Source of the DNA: Monocercomonoides exilis PA203
Taxonomy: Eukaryota > Protista > Preaxostyla
Direction of reading: 5' to 3'
NCBI GenBank assembly: GCA_001643675.2
Contig: LSRY02000010.1
Span: forward strand, 1,674,001 to 1,738,000
Length of the DNA stretch: 64,000 nucleotides
Shown: positions 23,401 to 33,404 of the stretch, piece by piece
How the letters are laid out: every line of letters begins with the position of its first letter
Position numbering within the stretch: the first letter of the stretch is position 1
Notes under the pieces: generated by a model
What the model saw: the letters and a program-made list of their open reading frames with translations, nothing else
Told to the model about the DNA's origin: nothing
Database searches by the model: none
Translations under genes and position numbers: made by a program

Positions 23401-26400
23401 TCTTCTTCTTCTTCTGCTTCCCACTTTAATCGCCCTTTCTCTCATTCTCTTGTTCTTTCTTCTCCCGCCTCCTCCTTCACAACACCAAAACTCACATCTT
23501 CTTCTCTTTACTCCAACATTGTTAGCTCCCCCTTCTCCCCCACCTCTTCTCCATCTTCTCCTTCCCCCTCTCCTTCCCTTTCTCCTTCTCCTTCTCCTTC
23601 TCCTCTTTTCTCCCCTTCTTTCTCCTCGCCCGATGACAACATGTCCTTCCATCTTTCTCTCACTGCTCACAAACCTCTTCCTTCGCTCGTCTCTTCGCTC
23701 GCCTCTGAAGACACAGATGAGCTGCAAAATCAGAACACAACACTTTTATACGCTTCTTCGCCGTTCATTACAGGAGTTGGGTCAAATGTGAATGGAAATG
23801 CATCTTCTTCTTCTTCTTCTGTTTCTTCTTCTTCTGTTTCTATGACACCTGCAACCATCATCACTGCCACTGCTTTATCTCCTTCTCGTTCCACCCCTCT
23901 TTCATCCACATCCTCTTCTTCCTCTTCCTCTTCTTCTTCTTCCTCTTCCTCCTCTTCTTCTTCCTATTCCTTACTTCCTCATTCTACCCCTGATTCCTCT
24001 CATTCCCCCCATCCTTCGCAATCTCTTGCTGTTTCTCCTTCTTCTCTCTCTCATTCCCTCCATCATAACCATAATCATCATCATCATCACTATCATAACC
24101 CACCTCGCCCTTCCTCTCTTTCTTCTCCTTCCTTCCACCCTTCTTCTGTCTCTGCCTCTGCTTTCCCTCTTTCTTCCCCCACCCTCTCCTTCTCCTCTTC
24201 TTCTGCTGCTGTTTCTCCTTCTCTCTCTCCAATGCCTTCTTTCTCCACCCCTCCTATCTCTTCTCGCTCTTCTCGCTCTTCTCGTTCTTCTTCTTCTCGT
24301 CAGCTTCCTTTTCTTTTCGGCTCTAAGCCTTCTTCGCATTCCTCTTCTATTTCTCCGAACGAGCCACGCTATTTCTCCGAGCTGCCTGCTGCTCGGCAAC
24401 CACCTCCGTTTCCGGCAGGCGCGCTCCCAACATTTTCTTTGCTTCCTCAGCAATTTCTTCTTTCAGTTCAAAGAGACACAAATGATGATACAAGACATCA
24501 TCTCAAACATTCTAAGCAATCAAAACAATCAAAATATTCAAAGAATTCCATTCATTCTGAACATCATCTTCATTCCATTCATCCCATTCATTCCACATCA
24601 TCATCATCATCTTCTTCTTCTTCTTCTTCCTCCTCCTCTTCTTCTTCTTCCTCATTCACAGACCCCTTCCTGTATCTCCGCTCACCCCCTGTCTTCACCC
24701 CACAAGCACTCACCTCTCTCTTCCGCTCCTCTCGTTCTCTTTACACTCAAATGCAATCTGCTTCTTCGCTTTTCCTGTTTAACACGAATTCCACTTTCTC
24801 CTCGTTCTTCTTCTTTCTCCAGTCGTTTTTCCCGCTTCGCTCTTGTTTTTCGCATTCGTCGCCTTTTCCTTTTGTGGTTGGAAATATCATTGAAGAATCT
24901 ACAAATAGCCAAAATGCACCTTCTCCTTCAATTTTGGGTTATTCATGTCAAAATAAATTTGACATGAACAAAACACAGACACAGCCTATTATTAATGAAA
25001 ACTCTGTTCAATCAAAACCTTCTTCTTCTTCCTCCTCCTCCTCCTCTTCTTCTTCTTCTCCCCTCTTCCCATTGAAACTCAATTCCTCTTCTTTTCCATC
25101 ATCATCTTCTTCTTCTCCTTTCCCTCTTTCTCTTGACTGCCAATCTTCTTCCTTCAGCTGCATTCAATTCCACAGACAGTCTTTAGTGATGCTGAACAAG
25201 ACACTCCCAACGCTTCTTTATCTCCTCTCGCAGATTCATTCATCTGATGAATCTTCTATTTCTATTTCTAATTCTAATTCTTCTTCTTCTTCTTCTTCTT
25301 CTTCTTCTTCTTCTTCTTTGGAGGAAGATGGGTTGTGTGTTGTTTCAAATGCTAATGAAATTGAAAAGAAAGATACAAGTCAACAAGATGACAGTGAAGA
25401 CAAAACAAAAGAAGAAAAAGAAGAAAAAGAAAAAGAAGATGATGAAGAAGAAAAGGCAAAAGAACAAGAGGAACGGGAAGAAGACAACAAAGAAGAAAAA
25501 GAAGAAGAAGAAGACGATGAAGAATATTCCATTGATGTGTATGACAGGCTAAACGGACTTGATCAAGCCAGCCAGCTTTTGGATGCTATTAAGCGAATGA
25601 AAAATCCGTTCCGCTCGTTTTCGACGCTTTCGACACTTGCTCTTATCAGCTTGAACAAACTGGGACAGGCGTTTAATTCGAATCTGGCTGATAATAATAA
25701 TAGTAATAGTAATAACAGCAAGAGTGCAAGTGGTATTAATGGCAATGGAAGAAATAGAAACAAATCAGGCAATGCTAACAATTCAGCAGAAGGCAAATCT
25801 TCTTCTTCTTCTTCTTCAGCATCATCAGCATCGAACCAACCAACCCAGTTTATAGTGCACTCACCCACATCTCCTCTATCGCTCCTTCACTTCTGCTCTC
25901 CTCTTTCCTTCTGCCATCCTCTTTCCCACGGCTTCTTTGAGAGTCTTCGCTTGTACAATTCGTATGCCAACACCATCCGCCAGAAGCGCATAGATCCAAT
26001 TATGAGCTCCATTCACCCTTCTTCTTTGCTTTCTCCACTTTACAATGAAATCAAGCGCAGAGCTTGTTACATCTTCTTCATGAAAAAACAAGCTGCCTTG
26101 AAAAGGCAATCAAAGAAAGCGAAAATTCCTTATCGTCCTGCTTCTTTCAATATTCCTTCAGCCAATCTCTCTTTGGCCCATCTTCCGCTGTGGTCGCTGA
26201 TGTCTGTGTATTTCGGGTACAATCAGTATCTTCTGGGAGAGCTGCCGTGGCAAAGCTTGCAAGACTGTCTTGTTCAGAGAGGAAAGATCAAGCGCCTGTT
26301 TGTTGTGCAGTCGTTGTGTCCGCATATAAGGCCATTGAGAGAAGTGAGTGAGGAGCAAATGACAAGGAATTTGAATAGTTCGAATAGTTCTAATGGATCT

Positions 26401-26601
26401 AATGGATCTTATGCTTCAAGAACAGCTTCAGGCATATCAACGACAGCTCTTTCGCCTTCTCCTTCTGTGCTGGGCCCGTCTGTGAGTGTGAGTGAGCTGT
26501 TGGCGCGCTGCCATGTTGAGAGGGGAATGAGGCAAGAGATGGAGCGATATGTGGAGGACTATGTGCAAGTCTTTTATCTGTGGAATCCTGACAGCTTCTG
26601 A
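10754..26601 (+). CDS. RMC1: Giant (~5,228 aa) low-complexity protein, probable RMC1/Mic1 (C18orf8, regulator of MON1-CCZ1) homolog; join(10754..10905,10955..11039,11152..26601)
   Basis: A 15.4-kb stop-free exon plus two in-phase upstream exons. Ordered islands NYDDGHK, MSPDKRLLAVQ, EILGIFW, LVVVTMNGFELFDV, LLKAHYMSVVWY, LHLALPGKRFEILVVDNLL, FYPPNVVFD, FLYERENGKAAIL and QLLDAIKRM are colinear with RMC1 motifs. The CDS is certain; the identity is by motif recall. Confidence 0.7.
17770..17860 (+). repeat. (TCTTCCTCC)n 9-bp tandem repeat encoding poly-Ser
   Basis: Near-perfect 9-mer array visible in the sequence. Confidence 0.85.
20080..20150 (+). repeat. Pure (TCT)n microsatellite, about 23 units, coding poly-Ser; one of dozens in the giant gene
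   Basis: Directly visible. Confidence 0.9.
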
Positions 26602-26895
26602 GAGTTCTGTTGTTTATTCTATGAAATGGTAATTGATGGTTGATTATTGATTTAATTTTTATTGTTTTTATTATTTGTTTTTTATTATTACGACTATTAT
26701 TATTTCGTTTGTATTCACAGCTGTTATGTATTGAATGAATATTGCGTTTTTAACTTCACTTTTTCTTTCTTTCTTTTCTTTTTCTTTTCTTTTTCTTTTC
26801 ATCTTTTGACATTTTTCTTTTTCCGAGCGTTTTTCGTTTTTAATAGTTAGCATTTCTTTCTTCAATGCTTTCTCGTTCTCTCCTTCCAAGCGTTG

Positions 26896-26929
<34 letters not shown>

Positions 26930-27061
26930 CAGAGGATTGCTTATTTTTTTCGTTTGAGCTATTTTTTTTAGCTCTTCTTGTATGTTTTGTGAAATGTTTG
27001 AATTGTTTTTTGTTCTATTTGACTTGTCATTATTTCAGCAATTTAAATAAAATAAAAAAAC

Positions 27062-27099
27062 AAAGAAAAGAAAAGAAAAGAAAAGAAAAGAAAAGAAAA
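27062..27099 (+). repeat. (AAAAG)n microsatellite, intergenic
   Basis: About 7 consecutive AAAAG units. Confidence 0.85.
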
Positions 27100-27346
27100 C
27101 GATAAACGCGAAATATCATTATCTAACAGATATAAGAGCACAATTTTCACAATGCAATGCTCATTGGCAAAGAACCAAAGACCCAGAGTAACTCGGAAGG
27201 CATCAAAAGCGAATCGAGCTATCAAATTCGCAAAATGGAATAACAAATGCAATTATTTCTGTTTCTTCATTAACTTCTCAGATATAATGTACTTAATGTA
27301 TCATTCATAAAATTCTTTAATACATTTTCAATTTATATTTAGTGCT

Positions 27347-28659
27347 TCATATGAATGGTCTGTATGTTCTTTGCTGCAATCTGTCTTCTTCAGCCTGAAT
27401 CAGCTTCTTGTAATCGGAAAACGGTGTGAATGTAGGTGGTTTCAGCCTCTCAGGCATTATTGTTTGTAATTGCATCAACTGCATTCGTTTTCAGCCATTG
27501 AGACATTGAGACATTGAATATAACATTCAGAAATATGAAATGATGCGAATGAAAAATAATTGATTCAAACAACATGAAACAAAAAGAAGCAAAAATGGGA
27601 AAAAAAAAGTTGGAAGAAGAGAGAGTAACGCAAGATATTATCGATATATATACATATATAAGAAGTACAATGTTAAATGATAAAAAAACCGATAGATTCA
27701 AAACAAACATTCTCCTGCAAATCTGAGTACTTGAGTGTGAGAGCATTCAGATGAATCTTCAACTGTTGGACTTGAATGTTGCAAAGTTACCATAAAAAGC
27801 AATGACAGAAAAAGAGAATGGATGTAGCATATAAACAGAACAGCAATAAAAGAAGAGCAAGAAAATTGCAATAAAAAAGTGGTGGAAGAAGAAAATCAGA
27901 CTTGATTGCAAAAGAGATGAAAGAGATTCAATGTCCTTCTTGCAATTGGCTGTTGCTTCGTGAACCTCTGCACACGTTCCACCAGCATGTCGCATTGAGG
28001 CAATGATTTTGGACTGAGTTGCTTCGGCCTGCGCAGTTCCCATCCTTCGTTGCTCCTCAACTGATTTCATCCACGAAAGCGCCAGAGAACTGTCCATGTG
28101 CCCTTCAAACAATGCAAAATATTATTCTTTTTAGAAATTCAAAAATTCACAGCAAATACCCAACGAAACAATGCTTTGCTTCCAAAACGGTTCAAGGGCA
28201 GGAACCAAAGCCTTCATTGGTTCAAAAGTCAGAATCTAAAAAAAACATCCTTTTTCAACAAAAAAGGCGATGATAAGAAAATGAATATCACACCGGCACA
28301 TGTGATTTTTGATCGTTTTGAACAGGATTAGTGGTCTCTGTTTGACTGAAGCTTCCAGAAGCTCCTTTTTCACCTTTTTCATCAACAGCACTTTTTGCTT
28401 GTCGTTCTTCTTCTTCTTGCTTTATCTGATGCGAACAAACAATAATTATAAAAATTTATCAATAAATCGATCGATGAAATTCGGATACTTTAAAAATAAA
28501 GAAAAATTATCGAAAATACACCATTGCAAGCAAAAATATTCCAAATTCATTCACGTTTTCTATCACGAACCCTCCGGGTTTCTTTTGAATTTTTTCATCT
28601 GGTGCTACGCTAGGACCGCTCAATCCAGCTTCGCTTTGCCCTTCAACTTGATTTCCCAT
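27347..28659 (-). CDS. BORCS5: BORCS5/LOH12CR1 (myrlysin)-like subunit of the BORC complex, 6 exons, N-myristoylation-type start
   Basis: Five GT-AG introns splice in phase to give MGNQVEGQ...ILTFEPMKALVP...GHMDSSLALSWMKSVEEQRRMGTAQAEATQSKIIASMRH...IQQLKIHLNALTLKYSDLQENLMQLQTIMPERLKPPTF. This parallels BORCS5 (PTFQPLL..LDS..DQNAL..LNSMLPE..LEPF). The donors of introns 1-2 are ambiguous. Confidence 0.62.
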
Positions 28660-28849
28660 TTTTGTTCGCCCATAATCTTTTTTGAAAACATTCAGATTTC
28701 AAAACAGATTCGGTCATTCAAATTATAAACATGTTTTTAATTGGGGTGGTGGTTATTGCCATGAGATAGAGAATCAACAATTCGAGAGAAAGGTGTCAAA
28801 ATGATAATTGTTAAGGGCTATCAAAAAAGAATTTGAAAGGAACTTTGAA

Positions 28850-29335
28850 ATGGCAGAGACAACACTTGAAGTACAACTGGTGGAACGTGAGGAAGAAAGA
28901 GTTGCTGGTATTGGGGTGATGTGCACGATGTCAGACGTGAAGGAGAAGTGCATGGATCTGTGGGGAAAGCAATTTGTCCCCAGAATCAGGGAAGTGTCAA
29001 GTTGTGGTGGTGATCTATCATACGGGTTGTCCATCATGACTGGATCTTCTGAGAGTGACCCATTCCTGTATGTTGCAACAGCTCCACTTGATGAAGGAAA
29101 GGCAGTTCCCGAAGGAATGAAAGAGTACACACTGGCAAAAGGAACATATTTATCTGTTCAGCTTAAGAGCATGGATGAGATCGGAGCTGGATATCAAGCT
29201 ATGGAAAAGAAGCTTAAAGAATCATATCCAGAGTACGAATTTCGGATGGATGTTCCATCTTTTGAACTTTACGAAGATGACTTCATGAAAACCGGGCATT
29301 TGAAACTGTTTGGGTGTATTAGAAAGAAAGAATAA
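28850..29335 (+). CDS. GyrI-like/AraC effector-binding (Cass2-like) small-molecule-binding protein, 161 aa, intronless
   Basis: VQLVEREEERVAGI..DLWGKQFVPRI..YGLS..FLYVAT..VPEGMKEYTLAKGTY..EIGAGY..PSFELY is the typical GyrI-like domain pattern. Confidence 0.85.
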   Translation: MAETTLEVQLVEREEERVAGIGVMCTMSDVKEKCMDLWGKQFVPRIREVSSCGGDLSYGLSIMTGSSESDPFLYVATAPLDEGKAVPEGMKEYTLAKGTYLSVQLKSMDEIGAGYQAMEKKLKESYPEYEFRMDVPSFELYEDDFMKTGHLKLFGCIRKKE

Positions 29336-29923
29336 ATATACGGCATTTTTGTATTCTTATTTATTTGAATTTGAATTATATAATTAACAACTTCTTCATA
29401 TGTCTTTTTTTCAAAAGCTTATATGCTTATTCTATACAGAGTTATTTTAAATATTTATGAGTTTTTTTTCAAAATTTTATTGTTCTTATTTATTATAATT
29501 ATATTATTTATTTCACGTATGTATTGTGAATAAGTATTTATTATTTTATATTTCTTATATCTGCTTTGTTTTCAATGATTCTCTATTAGAAAACATTGAA
29601 AAATTAATTCAGATGCTGTTTTTCATTATTGCAAACTATCAAACAAATTGACAAATAAATATTCAGATTTCAAACACAATTTGTGATAAAAAATGAGTGA
29701 ATAATAACCATAAGAATTTCTTTGAACAACTTGGATTTTTATAATCTGTTCAAATGTTGTTTCACTCAAAATAGTTTGTGATAGTTGCCTTGTAATATTT
29801 TTTATTAACTTTATTGCGAAAAGAGAAAATTAAAAAACTGTATAAAACAATTTCGTGTCATTTTTCTTTACAGCATCATTCATTTGCTAATTCTTCAATA
29901 TTATCAAAGAATTTTCACATCAC

Positions 29924-30672
29924 ATGATTAAATATTTCCAAGCAGTTTTTGTTGTGTTGTTAGCTTCGTTATGTACTTTTGCAAAAGCATCTCAGCCTCT
30001 TCCTCTATTCACTCCTGAAGAACGTTCAATTCTGGTTTACTTATTCTTGATATCAAGCTATACATAATTTCCTTCTTTTGTCTTCCAGGATCTTCATACC
30101 GATTTGGTTGTAAAAAGTATTTTGAAATGTCAACTTGAAGATCATGAGAAATTGATGGAATGTGCACGAAAAAATTTTTCAGAAACATTCGGAGTTTTTG
30201 AAAAGGCGTGGATTGCTGCTCAAAATAAGACAGATGCTCCATCGGATGTTAATGAGATTCGAGTTTGAGATATTTCAAATTCTTGTGATTTTTATGATTT
30301 TTTTTTTTAATGTGTGAAATTGCGGAATTGTTGTATTTTCTTTTTTATTATTGTTGTTGTTATTTTTTTCAAAAAAAGGAGGAATCATCAGAATGCTTTA
30401 TAAGTTGTATTATGAGGGGAAGTGATGCGGATCATGAAAGATGTATCAAAAGATGCGGAAGAATTATGGAAGGAGTTGCAGAGGTGTCCAAACGTAAGGC
30501 ACTTCTAGCTGTTGCCACTGAACAATTGAAAAAGGCTCAATCTGATCTTCTTCAAAGAAGGGCTGCGGAAAAGGAGGAATCAAAGCAAAAAGAAATCTCG
30601 TTCAAACAAAAGCACGAAGAATTCACACAATTACAAAATAGTAAAAAAGGAAGGGGAAGATTTCGCTTTTAA
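29924..30672 (+). CDS. Secreted/ER-targeted protein, 170 aa, with twin CX3C motif and C-terminal coiled coil; join(29924..30034,30089..30116,30183..30262,30379..30672)
   Basis: Three GT-AG introns join in phase (513 nt). The N-terminus MIKYFQAVFVVLLASLCTFAKA is a signal peptide. CFISC-X11-CIKRC lies in exon 4. Confidence 0.72.
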
Positions 30673-31023
30673 TTCTTTTCTAAAATTCTCAATGCGCAGT
30701 AACATAACACACTTTTCTTTCTCATTACTTGAATCTTCATAGATTAATTTTTTGCGTTTTCGTTTTTTGAATTTTCTAACATTAACATAAAAATTTTAAT
30801 ATTGCTCTGAATATGAAAATGTCACATTATTTAATATTTATGCATTCTCTCTGCTGAAAAATAGTCAATAATTACGAAGATATTTAATAAAAAAATAACT
30901 TTCAATGTCTTTATAAAAAAACCATTTTTATCCCATTAATTTTCAAATAACAATTTGTGAAATGATTTGATTTTCTTGTGTCATTTTTGAATTTACAGCA
31001 ATAACAAGAAACAAACAATCACC

Positions 31024-31517
31024 ATGATTATTAATTTTATTGCTTTAATTGTGCCATGCATATTTTCTGAAATGATAAGAATGACTGACCGCAATTTTAA
31101 TCAAATCGTCAATATGCCTGGTGCAACATTGGTAAAATTTTATACCAATGAATGCTCTCACTGCAAAGAATTGAGACAGCCATATGCAGCATTAGCGCAA
31201 AGTTATGATCATATCCCTGGATTACGCTTTGCAGAAGTTTGTTTTTTCAAAGATTGAATGAAATTTATAATTGTCTTTTAGTGCAATTTGGAAGATGCAC
31301 CAATTGTTCAAGATCAACTAGGCATTGAATTTGTCCCTGAAGTTATGTGGTTTACTCCACTCAATAATCGTCCAATTCAATTTGAGGGCGAAAAGAATTT
31401 TGGTACACTTGTTGGATTCTTAAATTATTGTGCAAGTGTGTTACAAATCGTTGCACTATTGCAATTCAATTTCATTTTCCTGTCAATTATTTCTTTTTAG
31501 GGCAACTTCCTTTTTAA
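31024..31517 (+). CDS. Single-domain thioredoxin/PDI-like protein with signal peptide and CSHC active site, 127 aa; join(31024..31236,31282..31435,31501..31517)
   Basis: MTDRNFNQIV..LVKFYTNECSHCKEL..FAECN..GIEFVPEV..FEGEKNFGTLVGFLN is a PDI a-type domain. Introns splice in phase. Confidence 0.85.
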
Positions 31518-31847
31518 GAGTTTTATTATTCATTATCTGCATTTTTATAATTTCACAAACGTTTAAATCAAATGCAAACAAAATAATTTTTTAATCTCAA
31601 AAATGTTGATAACATTTGTTGCATTGGATCAAAGAAATTGCGATTCATTGCGCAGTATTTCAAAAACATTTGGAATATATTTAGATGAAATGAAATATAA
31701 AAACAATAATAATTCAGAAAAAGAAATATTTTGAAGTGAAAATAAGTGGTGTTTAAAGTCAAGCAGTTTCAACTAATACAGATCCTCCTCTGTGTTTGTT
31801 CCTTCCAAATAATTTTCAAACTCCCTGTTGCCTTTTGCATTATCGTT

Positions 31848-33343
31848 TTAATAATCATCATAGTTTACCTCATTTTCATTGCTATTGTTCTCTTCATAAG
31901 ATTCATTTCCAAAGCCTTCTGCAGTCTCTCCTTCTTCTTCTATTCCTTCAGCCTGATACTCCTGCTCTTCTCCTTCTTGCTCGTATCCAAACTCGTTGCC
32001 TTCGCCGCCTTCTTCCGCTTCCTCAAACACTTCCTCATAATTCTCTCCTTGCTCCTCTGCAATCGTTTCCCCAGCCATTCCCGCGCTTTCTCCAAAATTC
32101 TCTTCTTCTCCTTCTCCATTCTCCATCCCCCTTTCCTCAACTGCCAGCTCCTCCAGCGATTGCTCTGCACTTTCTCCTGCCTCATATCCCTCGTCGTATC
32201 CTTCATCATAATAGTCATCTCCATTCTGTGCTCCTTCACTTCCCCGTCTGGATGAATGCCTGCTCTTCTTTTCTTCTTCTTCTTCTTCTTCTTCTTTCTC
32301 ACTTTCGCTTTCTTTGCTCGATTTACTCGATTTACTCGCTCTGCTTTTCTTCTCTTCATCATCATCCTCCTTCTTCTCTACAACAATCTCTGCGTATTTC
32401 TCCGGGTCTGTCGACAGCATCGCCTCTGCCGTGCTTTCGGGGTGTGCGCCTTCCCACTCGTCCTCCTCAAACACAAGCAGCGGCTTCTCATTCTCCTCTT
32501 CTTTTTCGCTTCCACTTTCACTTTCTTTTTCTTTCTCTCTTTCTTTTCCTCTTTCCTTTTCGCTGCCACTGTGTTCACTTTCAGACTCGCTATTAGATCC
32601 GTCCTTATTGCTGCCGTCATCGCTGTCTTTCTCTTTCTTCTTTGACTTCGATTTCGATTTGTGTTTTCCGGATTCATCGCTTTCTTTGTCTGAGCCTGTT
32701 TCAGAGCCTTCTTTTTCTTTCTCTTCTTTTTCTTTCTTTTTCTTCTCTTTCTTCTCTTTCTTCTCCTTCCTCGCTTTCTTCCTTTTCTCTCTCTTTTCCT
32801 TCTCTTTCTCTTTCTTTGCCTTCTTTTTTGCCTTCTGCTCCTCTTTTATTTGCTGCTTCTTCTCTTTCCTCTTCTCTTCCTCTTCTTCCTTCCTCTTCTT
32901 TTCCTCTTCTTCTTCTCTCTTCTCCCTCTCCTCTTTCTCCTTCCTTTCCTTCTCTTCTCTTTCTTCCTGCAATTCTTCGGCTTCTTTTTTCATTTTGTCT
33001 GCTTCTGCTTCAAACCCAAGCTCTGTCATCAAGCAACTCACCACATACTTTCTGTCTTCTAATGTGAGTGGGACAGAATGAGAAGAGGAAGAAGAGGAAG
33101 ATGAAGGAGTTTGTGAGGTGTTAGAAGAAGAGGAAGAGGAAGAAGAAGAAGAGTCTTGTGAAATGAATGTCTCGTCGTTGGCACATTTCTGAAGATAATC
33201 CAAAAGCGCAGGCTGAATATGTTAATATGGCATATGGTATATGTGTGAGTGTGAATGGAATAATATAAAATTAAATAATATAAAATAAATAAATAAATAG
33301 AAAAATAGAAAAATTAATTTGTTGTTTCAAAATATGATTAGAT

Positions 33344-33404
<61 letters not shown>

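Noticed and set aside
11839-25868. Dozens of poly-Leu/Phe/Lys/Arg ORFs in alternative frames and strands
   Set aside because: By-products of stop-free (TCT)n/(GAA)n repeats inside the giant CDS.
30009-30242. 77-aa minus-strand ORF
   Set aside because: Overlaps the better-supported four-exon plus-strand gene, and its continuation has stops.
33229-33239. ggcatatggta, an 11-bp match to the Merlin left TIR, in an intron
   Set aside because: No partner TIR or TSD found; consistent with chance.
33345-33402. Poly(A) run as a retroposon tail
   Set aside because: No TSD or upstream element body seen; similar homopolymers occur at ~26.9 and ~39.95 kb.
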